Positions 26,550 to 35,897 are shown, counted from the first letter of the stretch. The stretch is 64,000 bases of DNA from an uncultured Acidimicrobiaceae bacterium (GCA_963791455.1 CAWBSM010000003.1:575068-639067); one strand, 5' to 3'. The notes: generated by a model not told the origin, from the sequence alone. Made by a program: numbers and translations.

Positions 26550-28712
26550 TCATCGGACCGCCCGCACCCGGCGGCGTACCGGCGCCGGCGTGGGCGCCGG
26601 GCCCTTGACCGCCGGCGCGTCCACCGACAGCGTCAGCGGGATGCCCACCTGTACGAAGCGCCCCGCCGCGGCGTGGTGGTAGCGCCGCAACAGCGCGCGC
26701 GCCACCACCTGGGGATCGTCGGGCACGACGGAGGGATGCAGGCTCACGGCGGCGGGAACGTCCGCTGCCCGCAGTCGCTCCAGCACCGCGTCGACCGCGA
26801 GCGAGCCGACCGCCTCCGCCACTCGCTCCACCGACAGCGACGGACCGACGTCAAGAGCCTGCGCCAGCGCCGCCCGCTGCTCGTCCGTCACGCAGCACAC
26901 CGTCACCCACCCGTCCTTGGCTCGATACAGACGGCATCCCACGGACGGACCGCCCAGATCCGCACCCACCCGGTCGGGCACCGTGCCCGTCGCCGCCAAT
27001 GCCGCCACGTCCTCGGACTGGAACAGCGTCGCCGTCAAGGCCAACGAGGCGTCCACCCCGGTCACCGCCACGCCACGGGCTCGCCCCAACAGCGCCATCA
27101 CGATCCCGGCCGCCAACAGCAACCCGGTGCCGTAGTCGTTGGCCGTGAAGTTGACCGGCACCGCCCGCCGCCCGCCGCCCTGGGTCATCTCCATACCCGT
27201 GGCCGCCTGCACGACGTAGTCGAAGGAGGGCCGGGCCGCCAGCGGCCCCGTCACGCCGAAGCCCTTGGCCCGGGCGTACACCAACGCCGGGTTGACCGCC
27301 CGCAACTGCGCCTCGTCGAGCCCCAGCCGCTCCCACGCACCCGCCAGCGCGTTCTCGACGACGACGTCGGACGCCGCCACGAGGTCGAGCAACCGGGCCC
27401 GGTCCTCGGCCGTCTTGAGGTCGTAGACGAGGCCACGCTTGGAGCGGTTGGCATCGACGTAGATGTTGGGCAGCACCGGCATCAGCTGGAACGAGCCCTC
27501 GCCCCCGGGCGGCTCCACCTTGACGACGTCGGCGCCGAGCTCGGCCAGCAGGCGCGCCGCCAGGGGTCCGGCCCAGAAGCTGGAGAGGTCGACGATGCGG
27601 TGACCGCCGAGCGCGCCCTGCTCCGCCCCGTGCCGGCGGCCGGGCCGCCGTTCGCCGGACGTGGCCTCGACCCGCACCGTTGGACCGACCAACGGGACCC
27701 GCCCGAGCGCGGGGTCCTCCACCTCAACCAGGAGCGCTTCGACACGCGCCTGCTCGTGCGCCAGCCACTCGGCCAGCGTGTTGCACTTGGCGACGGCGGC
27801 GGGCCGTTCGACCAATGCCGCCTCCCATTCGTCGGCCGTCTTGCTCCCGAAGGCGTCGATGAAGCGGGCCAGCATCGTCTTGTTCCACTCGCGGTCCGTC
27901 AACTTCGACAGTCCCTCCGGGCTGGAGTAGTCGAGACCGCCGTCGTCCACGCCGAGCAGGCGGCACAGCTCGCGCCAACGCTCGGTGCCGCTCATGTTCA
28001 CCATCACGGCGCGCCCGTCCGCCGTGTCGAAGACGCGCAAGATGGGCGACTTGGTGTGGCGGACGATGCGGGGCCGGTGACCCTCGCGATGGAAGATCGG
28101 TGCTGCGTTGAGGAAGAGCAGCCCGTCGAGCAGCGACGTCTCGACGTGCTGCCCGAAGCCGGTCGCCTCGCGCTTGACCAGCGCGGCGCCGGCGCCGAGC
28201 ACCGCCAGGAGCGCCGCCGCCACGCTGGCCATGGGAAAGGGAAGCCAGATCGGGTCGTCGCCCGTGAAAAGGCCCTGCTGCGCACCGGCCCGTGCGTGCA
28301 CGAGCGGTTCCCACCCCGGCTCGTCGCGTGAGGGTCCGGTGCTGCCCCAGGCGGAAATGGAGCAGGTGACCAGCCGGGGACGTGTGCTGCGAAGGCCGCC
28401 CGGCCCGGTGCCGAGGCCCAGGCGGTCGAGCGCGCCCGCGCGGAGGTTCTCCACCAACAGGTCGGCCTCGTCGAGGAGGGCGAGTGCCTCCTCGCGGCCC
28501 TCGTCGGCGCGCAGGTCGAGCTCGACCGTCCGCTTGCCCCGGTTCCAGGCGGCGAAGCGGGCGCGGTCAGCCCGCAGCGGGTCCCCACCCGGCCGTTCGA
28601 TCTTGACCACCTCCGCGCCCAGGTCGGCGAGGATCGTCGCGGCCAGAGGTGCGGCGACGTACTGGCCGATCTCCACCACCCGCAGACCCCGCAGCACCGG
28701 CTCAGTGGCCAC
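26550..28712 (-). CDS. tandem-fused family III (CaiB/BaiF) CoA-transferase, two complete domains
   Basis: Domain 1 has LRVVEIGQYVAAPLAATILADLGAEVVKIERPGGDP. Domain 2 has HRIVDLSSFWAGPLAARLLAELGADVVKVEPPGGEG. The start is uncertain: GTG 28712, GTG 28697 or the track start 28769. Confidence 0.9.
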   Translation of the reverse strand: MATEPVLRGLRVVEIGQYVAAPLAATILADLGAEVVKIERPGGDPLRADRARFAAWNRGKRTVELDLRADEGREEALALLDEADLLVENLRAGALDRLGLGTGPGGLRSTRPRLVTCSISAWGSTGPSRDEPGWEPLVHARAGAQQGLFTGDDPIWLPFPMASVAAALLAVLGAGAALVKREATGFGQHVETSLLDGLLFLNAAPIFHREGHRPRIVRHTKSPILRVFDTADGRAVMVNMSGTERWRELCRLLGVDDGGLDYSSPEGLSKLTDREWNKTMLARFIDAFGSKTADEWEAALVERPAAVAKCNTLAEWLAHEQARVEALLVEVEDPALGRVPLVGPTVRVEATSGERRPGRRHGAEQGALGGHRIVDLSSFWAGPLAARLLAELGADVVKVEPPGGEGSFQLMPVLPNIYVDANRSKRGLVYDLKTAEDRARLLDLVAASDVVVENALAGAWERLGLDEAQLRAVNPALVYARAKGFGVTGPLAARPSFDYVVQAATGMEMTQGGGRRAVPVNFTANDYGTGLLLAAGIVMALLGRARGVAVTGVDASLALTATLFQSEDVAALAATGTVPDRVGADLGGPSVGCRLYRAKDGWVTVCCVTDEQRAALAQALDVGPSLSVERVAEAVGSLAVDAVLERLRAADVPAAVSLHPSVVPDDPQVVARALLRRYHHAAAGRFVQVGIPLTLSVDAPAVKGPAPTPAPVRRRVRAVR

Positions 28713-29922
28713 CGGTGACTCCAGCGCTTCGCGTGCGGGCTTCCCCGAGATCGCCCGGCATGAGATCACCTTCTTGGTCGCGGGGGAGGCCGAGGACCCG
28801 CTCCGCGATGACGTTGCGCACGATCTCGTTGGTGCCGCCCCCGAGGGAGGCCGAGCGCGAGCTCAGCAGCTGGTTCGACCACCGTTCGCCTTCGGGGTCG
28901 GCGGGGTCCCACGCCGTGGCGTGCATGCCCGCCACCTCGACCGCGACCAGGGCCGACTCCTGGACCAGTTGCGCCATGGCCAGCTTGAGCAGCGCGGCCG
29001 CTGCGCTGTCCCCGCCGCGCACCTGCACCTGGAGGTAGCCCGTGAGGTGGCGCAGCACCATCTGACGGATGCGCAGGCGCACGAGACGGTCGCGCGTCGC
29101 GGGGCGGTGCGACAGGTCGCGTCGGCGTGCCTCGGCCGCCAGCGCGGCGAAGCCACCCTTGCCGCCGCCTCCCGAGCCCAGGGCACCCAGCGCCTGGCGT
29201 TCGAAGGCCAACATGGTGCGGGCCACGCGCCAGCCGTCGTTGACCTCGCCCACGACGTTGGCCACCGGGACGCGGACGCTGTCGAGAAAGACCTCGTTGA
29301 AGTGGGATTCACCGGTGATCTGGCGCAGCGGCCGCACCGTGATGCCCGGGGCGTGCATGTCGACGATGAGCATGGTGATGCCCTCTCGCTTGGGGCGTGC
29401 CGGGTCGCTGCGCGTGAGGCAGGCGGCGTAGTCGCTGTACTGGGCGCTCGAGGTCCAGACCTTCTGCCCGTCGACCACGAACTCGCTGCCGTCGAGTCGG
29501 GCCCGCGCCTGGACGCTCGAGAGGTCTGATCCCGCTCCCGGCTCGCTGAAGAGCTCGCACCAGACGTGCTCCCCGCGCAGCAGCGGCGGGATGAACTGTT
29601 GCTTCTGCTCCTCGCTGGCGTGGACGAGCAGCGTGGGTCCGCACATGCCGAGGCCGATCTCGAGCGCGCGGGGCGGCACCCGGAACGCCTTTGCCTCGCG
29701 GTCGTAGATGCGCTGGTAGCCCCCGGGCAGCCCGCGCCCGCCGTACTCGACCGGCCAGGTGATCCCGGCCAGACCCGCCTCGGCCAGCTGGCGCTGGTAG
29801 GCGACGCTGCGGGCGATCGCGACACCCCCGATCTCGGGCGCCGCGTTCCGGGGCGGCAGCGTGGCCCGCAGGAAGGTCAGGACCTCTTGTCGGAAGGCCT
29901 CCTCGTCGGGCGCGTCGCTCAT
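28702..29922 (-). CDS. acyl-CoA dehydrogenase
   Basis: Track ORF 28702..30126. ATG 29922 overlaps the TetR stop (ATGA). Sequence: MSDAPDEEAFRQEVLTFL...WCELFSEPGAGSD...GQKVWTSSAQY...GGGTNEIVRNVIAE. Confidence 0.92.
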   Translation of the reverse strand: MSDAPDEEAFRQEVLTFLRATLPPRNAAPEIGGVAIARSVAYQRQLAEAGLAGITWPVEYGGRGLPGGYQRIYDREAKAFRVPPRALEIGLGMCGPTLLVHASEEQKQQFIPPLLRGEHVWCELFSEPGAGSDLSSVQARARLDGSEFVVDGQKVWTSSAQYSDYAACLTRSDPARPKREGITMLIVDMHAPGITVRPLRQITGESHFNEVFLDSVRVPVANVVGEVNDGWRVARTMLAFERQALGALGSGGGGKGGFAALAAEARRRDLSHRPATRDRLVRLRIRQMVLRHLTGYLQVQVRGGDSAAAALLKLAMAQLVQESALVAVEVAGMHATAWDPADPEGERWSNQLLSSRSASLGGGTNEIVRNVIAERVLGLPRDQEGDLMPGDLGEARTRSAGVTGGH

Positions 29923-30602
29923 GCGGGGACCATCGCGGCGGGGCGGGGCAGGCCCACCGACTGCAAGCCGCCGAGGACCATGTCCTTCATCACGCGGGCC
30001 AACTGCTCCTGGTCCATGGCCGGGAGCGAGGTGATGGAGCGCAGCATCCCGTCGATCATGGTGACGGCCGCCCGAGCCTCCGCGTCGCTCAAGCCGGGAC
30101 GGACCTCGCAGAGGAGGTGCACCCACTCCGCCATGCGCACCCGCTCGATGCGAGCCACCCGCCGGCGGGCATCGTCATCGAGCGATCGGTACTCCTTGAC
30201 GAAGACGTCGCGCAGGTTGCCGTTCTTGAGCTGCAGCACGATGGCCGCGTCGATCAACCGTTCGAGCGTGACCGGCGGCGGCGTGTCCTCGTTGAGGACG
30301 TCGTCCACCGTCTCGCGCCATGTGATGGCCGCCTCTTCGATCAGGATCGAGAGCAGCTCGCCCTTGCTCTTGAAGTAGCGGTAGATGGCCGGACCACTCA
30401 CACCGGCCGCCGCGCCGATGTCGCCCAGGCTCGTCTCGCGAAAGCCGCGCTCGCGGAACAGGTCGGTGGCGGCGGCCATGATGGCCTGGCGAGTGCGCTC
30501 GCCCTTGGTGCGGCGCGACGTGGCGGCCGCCGGAACCGTTCTGTCGCGGAGAGAGGCGGCGGCCTGCCCGTCGGGGCTCATACGAGCACGGATGTTAGCC
30601 AT
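29919..30602 (-). CDS. TetR/AcrR family transcriptional regulator
   Basis: RTRQAIMAAATDLFRERGFRETSLGDIGAAAGVSGPAIYRYFKSKGEL (TetR HTH). It is the first gene of the minus-strand operon. Confidence 0.92.
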   Translation of the reverse strand: MANIRARMSPDGQAAASLRDRTVPAAATSRRTKGERTRQAIMAAATDLFRERGFRETSLGDIGAAAGVSGPAIYRYFKSKGELLSILIEEAAITWRETVDDVLNEDTPPPVTLERLIDAAIVLQLKNGNLRDVFVKEYRSLDDDARRRVARIERVRMAEWVHLLCEVRPGLSDAEARAAVTMIDGMLRSITSLPAMDQEQLARVMKDMVLGGLQSVGLPRPAAMVPA

Positions 30603-30659
30603 CCGTCACAAAACTGCCCCCGGATCACGTTGACTCAGGGACGCACCCATGTTTAGATT

Positions 30660-30673
30660 TTAATGCTCATTAA
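30660..30673. promoter_or_regulatory. perfect palindrome TTAATGctCATTAA, candidate TetR operator in a divergent promoter region
   Basis: It lies in the 102-bp AT-rich spacer between the TetR start (30602, -) and the LLM start (30705, +). It is flanked by the -10-like hexamers TAGATT (plus strand) and TAAAAT (minus strand). Confidence 0.5.
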
Positions 30674-30704
30674 CAAAAGTGCAAGGGTTCCGGGGAGGAA
30701 GGGC

Positions 30705-31820
30705 ATGGAGTTCGGCTTGTTCATGGAGCTGTCGGTGCCCCGTCCGTGGACGGCCGACTCGGAGCGCACGGTGTACGAGAACGCGCTCGAGCAGGTGCGC
30801 CTGGCCGACGAGCTCGGCTTCGACTACGTGTGGGCCGTCGAGCACCATTTCTTGGAGGAGTACTCGCACTGCTCGGGTCCCGACGTCTTCTTGGCCGCGT
30901 GCGCGGCGCAGACGTCGCGCATCCGGGTGGGGCACGGCGTCGTGGCGTGCGTGCCGCAGTACCAGAGCCCCATTCGGGTGGCCGAGCGGGCGGCGGTGCT
31001 GGACATCATCTCGGGCGGGCGATTGGAGCTCGGGACCGGGCGGTCCGCCACGTGGCCCGAGCTGAGCGGCTTCGGGGCCAATCCCGACGAGACCAAGAAG
31101 ACCTGGGACGAGTTCGTGCGGGTGATCCCCAAGATGTGGATGCAGGAGCGGTTCTCGTGGGAGGGCCGCATGTTCTCGATGCCCGAGCGTGCCGTGTTGC
31201 CCAAGCCGTTGCAGAAGCCGCATCCGCCGATGTGGGTTGCGGTGACTTCGCCCGGTACGGAGGTGGACGCGGCGGACCGGGGGCTGGGCTGCCTGGGTCT
31301 TTCGCCGGGAGGCTTCTCCGATTCGGAGAAGAAGGTGGCGAACTATCGGCGGCGTATCGAGGTGTGCGACCCCGTGGGTGCCTTCGTCAACGACAAGGTC
31401 TTGACGGTCAATTTCCTGTCCTGTTGCGAGGACGGCTCGCTCGGGCGCCGCAACGGGCTGAAGGTGGCTTCCATGTTCTCCTACATGGCGGCACAGCTCT
31501 TGTCGGCCAAGGAGGTGTTGCCGACGCACTCCTACCCGTCGGAGGGACTGCTGCCGGCTCTGCGGCGCGAGTCGGGGAGCCCAGGCGACGCGGCCAAGGC
31601 TTTCAAGGGCGTGACGATGGGCACGCCGGACGACGTGGCGGAGGCGGTGGCCGCGTGGGAGAACGTCGGCTTCGACGGGATCAACTTCATCCACCAGTTC
31701 ATGGAGGTGGTCCCCCAGCGGTACGTGCTCGACTCGATGCGGCTGTTCGCCGAGGAGGTGATGCCCCGCTTCAAGACGGGGTCCGGGCGGCCAGCCGACG
31801 CGGTGGCGGGGGTGGCCTGA
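30705..31820 (+). CDS. LLM-class flavin-dependent oxidoreductase/monooxygenase
   Basis: Track ORF 30663..31820. ATG 30705 sits behind ggggaggaagg. Sequence: MEFGLFMELSVPRPWTADSERTVYENALEQVRLADELGFDYVWAVEHHFLEEYSH. Confidence 0.9.
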   Translation: MEFGLFMELSVPRPWTADSERTVYENALEQVRLADELGFDYVWAVEHHFLEEYSHCSGPDVFLAACAAQTSRIRVGHGVVACVPQYQSPIRVAERAAVLDIISGGRLELGTGRSATWPELSGFGANPDETKKTWDEFVRVIPKMWMQERFSWEGRMFSMPERAVLPKPLQKPHPPMWVAVTSPGTEVDAADRGLGCLGLSPGGFSDSEKKVANYRRRIEVCDPVGAFVNDKVLTVNFLSCCEDGSLGRRNGLKVASMFSYMAAQLLSAKEVLPTHSYPSEGLLPALRRESGSPGDAAKAFKGVTMGTPDDVAEAVAAWENVGFDGINFIHQFMEVVPQRYVLDSMRLFAEEVMPRFKTGSGRPADAVAGVA

Positions 31821-32578
31821 TGCCGCTCGCTGGGTCGCTCGACATCCGCCCGCTCGTCGAGGGTGCGCCCGAGGTCGTGCTCGAAGACCGCGAGCTGCGG
31901 TTCGACGACGTCGACATCCTCCAGGTGTTGTACGAGGTCCGGGTGGCGGACCGGGAGGCGCTGGTGCCGCCCGCGCTCAACCCGACCATCCCGCCGGTGA
32001 TCAGCTTCCTGGTCTACCGGGCGAAGGACAGCGACTTCGGACCGTTCGCCCTGGCCCAGCTGCGCTTGACGGCGCGCTCCGGTGTCCGGCCGCGGGCGTA
32101 CCTGATCTCGGCTCGTTGCGACAACCCGGCGCTTTCGGAGGTGCTGTCGGGCACGTGGGGGTTCCGCATCGCCCCCGGTGCGATCACCCTGCGGCGCTAC
32201 CACGACCGGGTGGAGTGTGGCGTGCGTGATGGCGACGGGTCGACGATCCTCGACGTGTCACTGGTGGACCCGGTGCCCGTCACGGGGCACGACGTCCAGT
32301 ACCCGCCTGGGATGCATCTGGCACGGATCAGGCGAGCCGGCGTGCTGAAGCCGCGCATCGTGCAGGTCGACTCCGAGTACGAGTTCCGCCGAGCGGACCG
32401 GGGGCGGCCCTCGCTGTCCGTGTTCGATGCCGAGGCCTGGGGCGACGCCCGGTTGCTGCCCTACCTTCCCGTCTCGGCCAGCCTGGCGGCCTGCGACATG
32501 ACGATCGCCAACGTCCGTTACATCTGCAATCCCGACATCCCGGCCGCCGAAGGGACCGAGAAGGTCAGCGACAAGTGA
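31820..32578 (+). CDS. acetoacetate decarboxylase (ADC)-like family protein
   Basis: This is the last 252 codons of track ORF 30746..32578. ATG 31820 overlaps the upstream TGA (TGATG). Sequence: MPLAGSLDIRPLVEG...ALVPPALNPTIPPVISFLVYRAKDSDFGPF...GTWGFRIAPGAITL. The family assignment is from memory of the ADC-like pattern. Confidence 0.65.
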   Translation: MPLAGSLDIRPLVEGAPEVVLEDRELRFDDVDILQVLYEVRVADREALVPPALNPTIPPVISFLVYRAKDSDFGPFALAQLRLTARSGVRPRAYLISARCDNPALSEVLSGTWGFRIAPGAITLRRYHDRVECGVRDGDGSTILDVSLVDPVPVTGHDVQYPPGMHLARIRRAGVLKPRIVQVDSEYEFRRADRGRPSLSVFDAEAWGDARLLPYLPVSASLAACDMTIANVRYICNPDIPAAEGTEKVSDK

Positions 32579-32633
32579 GCCCGGGCCGTCGGTACGCGGG
32601 GCCGCCGCGTTCCGGCTCCGTATCCTGAGCGCG

Positions 32634-33605
32634 GTGCCGGTGCACGACGTCGCCGACGAGGGGCTGCACCCGGCCGGGGACGACCCCGACTGGCAGGAGA
32701 GCGCCTACCTTGCTTGGCGCGACCCGGCCAGCGGTCTCGGAGGGAACCACCGCATCGGCAACGAGCTCAACCGCAGCACCGCCAACCTGTGGTGCGGCGT
32801 CTACCACGACGGGGGAACCCGTTTCCGCTGCAACGACGAGGCGTTGCCGCTCGTGCGCCTCAGCGAGGCCGCCGGGCTCTGTGCGGGACCGCAAAAGATC
32901 TTTCACGACGGCGCGCGGCTGCGCTTCGTGCTCGACGGCGACGGCTGCCGCCTGGATCTCGAGGTCGTCGACGAGGGCGAGCGTTCGTACGCCAACGCGC
33001 AGACGTTCAGCGGGACGGGCGGGACGGCGGGCACGATCTTCTCCGACAACTTCCACGTCTTCTGCCGCGTGCGGGGGTCGGTCGAGTTCGACGGCCTCGG
33101 GGCGGAGATCGACGCACCGGCCTGGCGGGACCACTCGTGGGGCGTGCGCCGCTGGGACAGCTTCGTCTCGAGTCGCAGCTTCGGTGGGTCGCACGGCACC
33201 GGTGAGGAGACGCTGCGGTTTCGCTTCGGGTCCATGGTCGGGGTCAACGGCAGCTTCTTCCGGCGCGGCTCGCTGGAGCGTGATGGCCATCCGCTGCCGG
33301 TGGCCGAGGCCGCCATGGTGGTTCACGTGGACGACGACTCCGTGCGTTGTCCGGCGGCAGAGGTCCGCTACGTCCTGGAGGACGGTACGACCACCACCGT
33401 CCGCATCGACACCACCGGCGGGATGATGGGTGTCACGGCCCAGCGCTACGGCTGGGAGTCGGTGGGCGACGTCAGCGTCGACGGCCGGCCCGGTGGCTGG
33501 GGCTTTCTCGAGTCCAACCTCAACGCGCGCAACGGCACCAGTCCGCCCGCCTTCGTCCTGGCCGATGCGCTGACCAACGGCGTCATCCGGCCGGGGGCGT
33601 CGTGA
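32634..33605 (+). CDS. uncharacterised protein, CrtC/AttH-like (paralog of 20274..21317)
   Basis: GTG start with TATCCT 7 nt upstream and no SD (leaderless candidate). Has DWQESAYLAWRDPASGLGGNH and APAWRDHSWGVRRW. Confidence 0.8.
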   Translation: MPVHDVADEGLHPAGDDPDWQESAYLAWRDPASGLGGNHRIGNELNRSTANLWCGVYHDGGTRFRCNDEALPLVRLSEAAGLCAGPQKIFHDGARLRFVLDGDGCRLDLEVVDEGERSYANAQTFSGTGGTAGTIFSDNFHVFCRVRGSVEFDGLGAEIDAPAWRDHSWGVRRWDSFVSSRSFGGSHGTGEETLRFRFGSMVGVNGSFFRRGSLERDGHPLPVAEAAMVVHVDDDSVRCPAAEVRYVLEDGTTTTVRIDTTGGMMGVTAQRYGWESVGDVSVDGRPGGWGFLESNLNARNGTSPPAFVLADALTNGVIRPGAS

Positions 33606-33642
33606 CGGACAGGGCTGCGGAAGCCGACGCTCCTTCGCGACG

Positions 33643-35112
33643 GTGAGACAGTCCCCCGAGGACCGGGCGCAGTACTACCGCCAGCTGCGCGCCACGGTAT
33701 CGACCGAGTTCCTCCCGGAGCTGACCAGCGCCACCGCCGTCGATGCCGCGGCGCTGGTCGACCGTATCTTGGCCGAGTTCATCGTCGAGGAGGAATGGGC
33801 CGAGGCGGTCAGCAACGAGTACGGGTCTGAGTTCGCTGCGCTGCTCGACGGCGGGAGCGACGAGGGCGGCGTCACGCCCGGCCGGTTCGTCGAGCTCCGC
33901 CAGCAGGCGGCGGACCTGGTCGCGGCGACCTCGGGCAGCGGCGATCCGGCGGCGCGCCAGCTGTGCCGGGACCTGGTGGACGTCGAGCGACGTTTCCTTG
34001 AACGAGTGGACGCGCTCCGTCGCGTGACGCTGGCCGAGGGGCCCGAGCCGGACGCCGCGGCGTCCCCGACCGAGTGCTCGGTGTCGGCCGAGCAGCTGAC
34101 GTCGTACTTCCGGCACAAGTTCCCTGCCTCGCCCGACCTGACGGTGACGGCGGTGGAGGCGGTCCCGGGCGGGCGGTCCAAGGAGACGATTTTGGTCTCG
34201 CTCGAGGGCACCACGGAGCTCCCGCCCGGCGTGATCGTACGCAAGGACCGGCCGATTGGACTGCTCCCCACCAGGGCGGCGGACGAGTTCGCGGTGCTCC
34301 GGGCTGTCTACGAGCACGGGGGCGTCCCCGTGCCGCGCCCATTCTTCGCTGACGAGGTGAAGAACGGGTTGGACGACGCCGACGGCGACGCCGACGGCAC
34401 CTTGCTGGTCATGGAGCGGGTGGCCGGCGGCAAGGCCGGTGAGTACTTCCCCGACCTCGCCGCCCCGACCGAGCACCGACGAGCGCTCGGTGACCAGTTG
34501 GCCGCGGCACTGGGCTGCCTCCACTCCATGCCGCTGGCCGCTTTCAGCGAGACGAACATCGACGTCGTCGCCGCGGTGACGCCGGAGAGCGTGGTTGCGG
34601 CGGTGGAGGGGATGACGGCGCGCATCGGCGAGCTCAGCGGACCGCCCATCGCAGCCGTTTCCCTGGCACGACGGTGGCTGCTCGACCATGTGGCCGACGT
34701 GGCCCCGACCGACAAGCGCTGTCTCCTCTGGGGGGACGTCGGGCTGCACAACATCCTCGTGGACGGGTACCGCATCAGCGCGCTGGTCGACTGGGAGGCC
34801 GCCACGGTCGGTCCCCCGGCGCGCGAGCTCGCCGCGGTGTGGCCCGCGGCCACTGCGCTCATGGAATGGGAGGAGTTCATCGACGCCTACCGTGCGGCTG
34901 GGGGGCCGGCGGAAGCCACCGATCCGTCCGCCGTTGCCTTCTACCGGGTCTTCTTCTGCCTCGGCGCTTGCATGACCAGTCGGACGGGGGGGCACCTCTT
35001 CCGCACCGGGGCCAAACGCGATCTCCTGACGGCGCACTCCGGGCTCGACTCGCAGTTCCGGGCCCAACGCAACCTGGTGCGCGCGTTGCGGGACGTGACG
35101 ACCGACGATTGA
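33643..35112 (+). CDS. phosphotransferase (APH fold) with a ~130-aa helical N-terminal extension
   Basis: Has CLLWGDVGLHNILVDGYRISALVDWEAATVGPPARELA in the C-terminal part and VPGGRSKETILVSL in the N-lobe. GTG start. Confidence 0.85.
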   Translation: MRQSPEDRAQYYRQLRATVSTEFLPELTSATAVDAAALVDRILAEFIVEEEWAEAVSNEYGSEFAALLDGGSDEGGVTPGRFVELRQQAADLVAATSGSGDPAARQLCRDLVDVERRFLERVDALRRVTLAEGPEPDAAASPTECSVSAEQLTSYFRHKFPASPDLTVTAVEAVPGGRSKETILVSLEGTTELPPGVIVRKDRPIGLLPTRAADEFAVLRAVYEHGGVPVPRPFFADEVKNGLDDADGDADGTLLVMERVAGGKAGEYFPDLAAPTEHRRALGDQLAAALGCLHSMPLAAFSETNIDVVAAVTPESVVAAVEGMTARIGELSGPPIAAVSLARRWLLDHVADVAPTDKRCLLWGDVGLHNILVDGYRISALVDWEAATVGPPARELAAVWPAATALMEWEEFIDAYRAAGGPAEATDPSAVAFYRVFFCLGACMTSRTGGHLFRTGAKRDLLTAHSGLDSQFRAQRNLVRALRDVTTDD

Positions 35113-35198
35113 CCCTGGCTGGGTGGATCCCGGTTGCGCCGGGCCTGCCCGTTGGTCTCTCCGGCCCTCGATGATGGCAGCGTGCGACAATCGCTCCC

Positions 35199-35840
35199 GT
35201 GACCGTCACCGAGTCAGGCTGGGCGCGGCGCCGTCACCTGCTCCTGACCACGTACGAGCGGGTCGCCTGGGAGCTGTTCGCGGCTCGTGGCTTCCCGGGC
35301 GTCACGGTGGACGAGATCGCCGAGGCGGCCGGCGTGTCGACCCGCACCCTCTTCCGCTACTTCCCCACCAAGGAGGACCTCCTGCTCGGCTACCCCCGGC
35401 GGGGTGTGGCGGGCTTCGTCGAGATGGTCGCCCAGCTCGAGCCCTGTTCGACGCCCCTCGAAAGGGGATGGCAGCAGGTACGCGACTACTACCTGCAGTT
35501 CCCGCTCGACCCGAAGGTCTTACAACTGTGGCGGCGGGCGGCGGCCGAGGCCCCCGAGGTCCACGCGCGGGTCCGGGGCGAGCGGGCGCACGCCCTGACC
35601 GAGGCCTTCACCGCGTACTGCGCCGCTTGCCTGGGCCTCGATCCCCGTGACGATGTGCGCCCCCGCGTGCTGGCCGGGGTGATCGTCGGAATGGAGTCGT
35701 CGGTCGTCGAACTCTGGGGGAGGTCCCACGTCCCCCTCCGGGAGATTCTCGACGCAGCCGAGCAGTCGGTTCCCGGGCTTCGGAGCGGAGCCGGGGAAGC
35801 GTCAGATGACGCGGGTGCGGCTCTTGCATTTCGTGAGTAG
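35199..35840 (+). CDS. TetR family transcriptional regulator
   Basis: LLLTTYERVAWELFAARGFPGVTVDEIAEAAGVSTRTLFRYFPTKEDL. GTG start with GACAAT 7 nt upstream and no SD. Confidence 0.9.
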   Translation: MTVTESGWARRRHLLLTTYERVAWELFAARGFPGVTVDEIAEAAGVSTRTLFRYFPTKEDLLLGYPRRGVAGFVEMVAQLEPCSTPLERGWQQVRDYYLQFPLDPKVLQLWRRAAAEAPEVHARVRGERAHALTEAFTAYCAACLGLDPRDDVRPRVLAGVIVGMESSVVELWGRSHVPLREILDAAEQSVPGLRSGAGEASDDAGAALAFRE

Positions 35841-35897
35841 GCAAGTAGATTGTCATGAGGTGACGATTTTCTGAGCTGAGCATCGAGGGGTTTCGGC

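Noticed and set aside
26178-28331. 717-aa plus-strand ORF over the LLM and tandem CaiB genes
   Set aside because: It is a shadow ORF with low-complexity Arg/Pro/Gly composition. The opposite strand carries recognisable CoA-transferase motifs.
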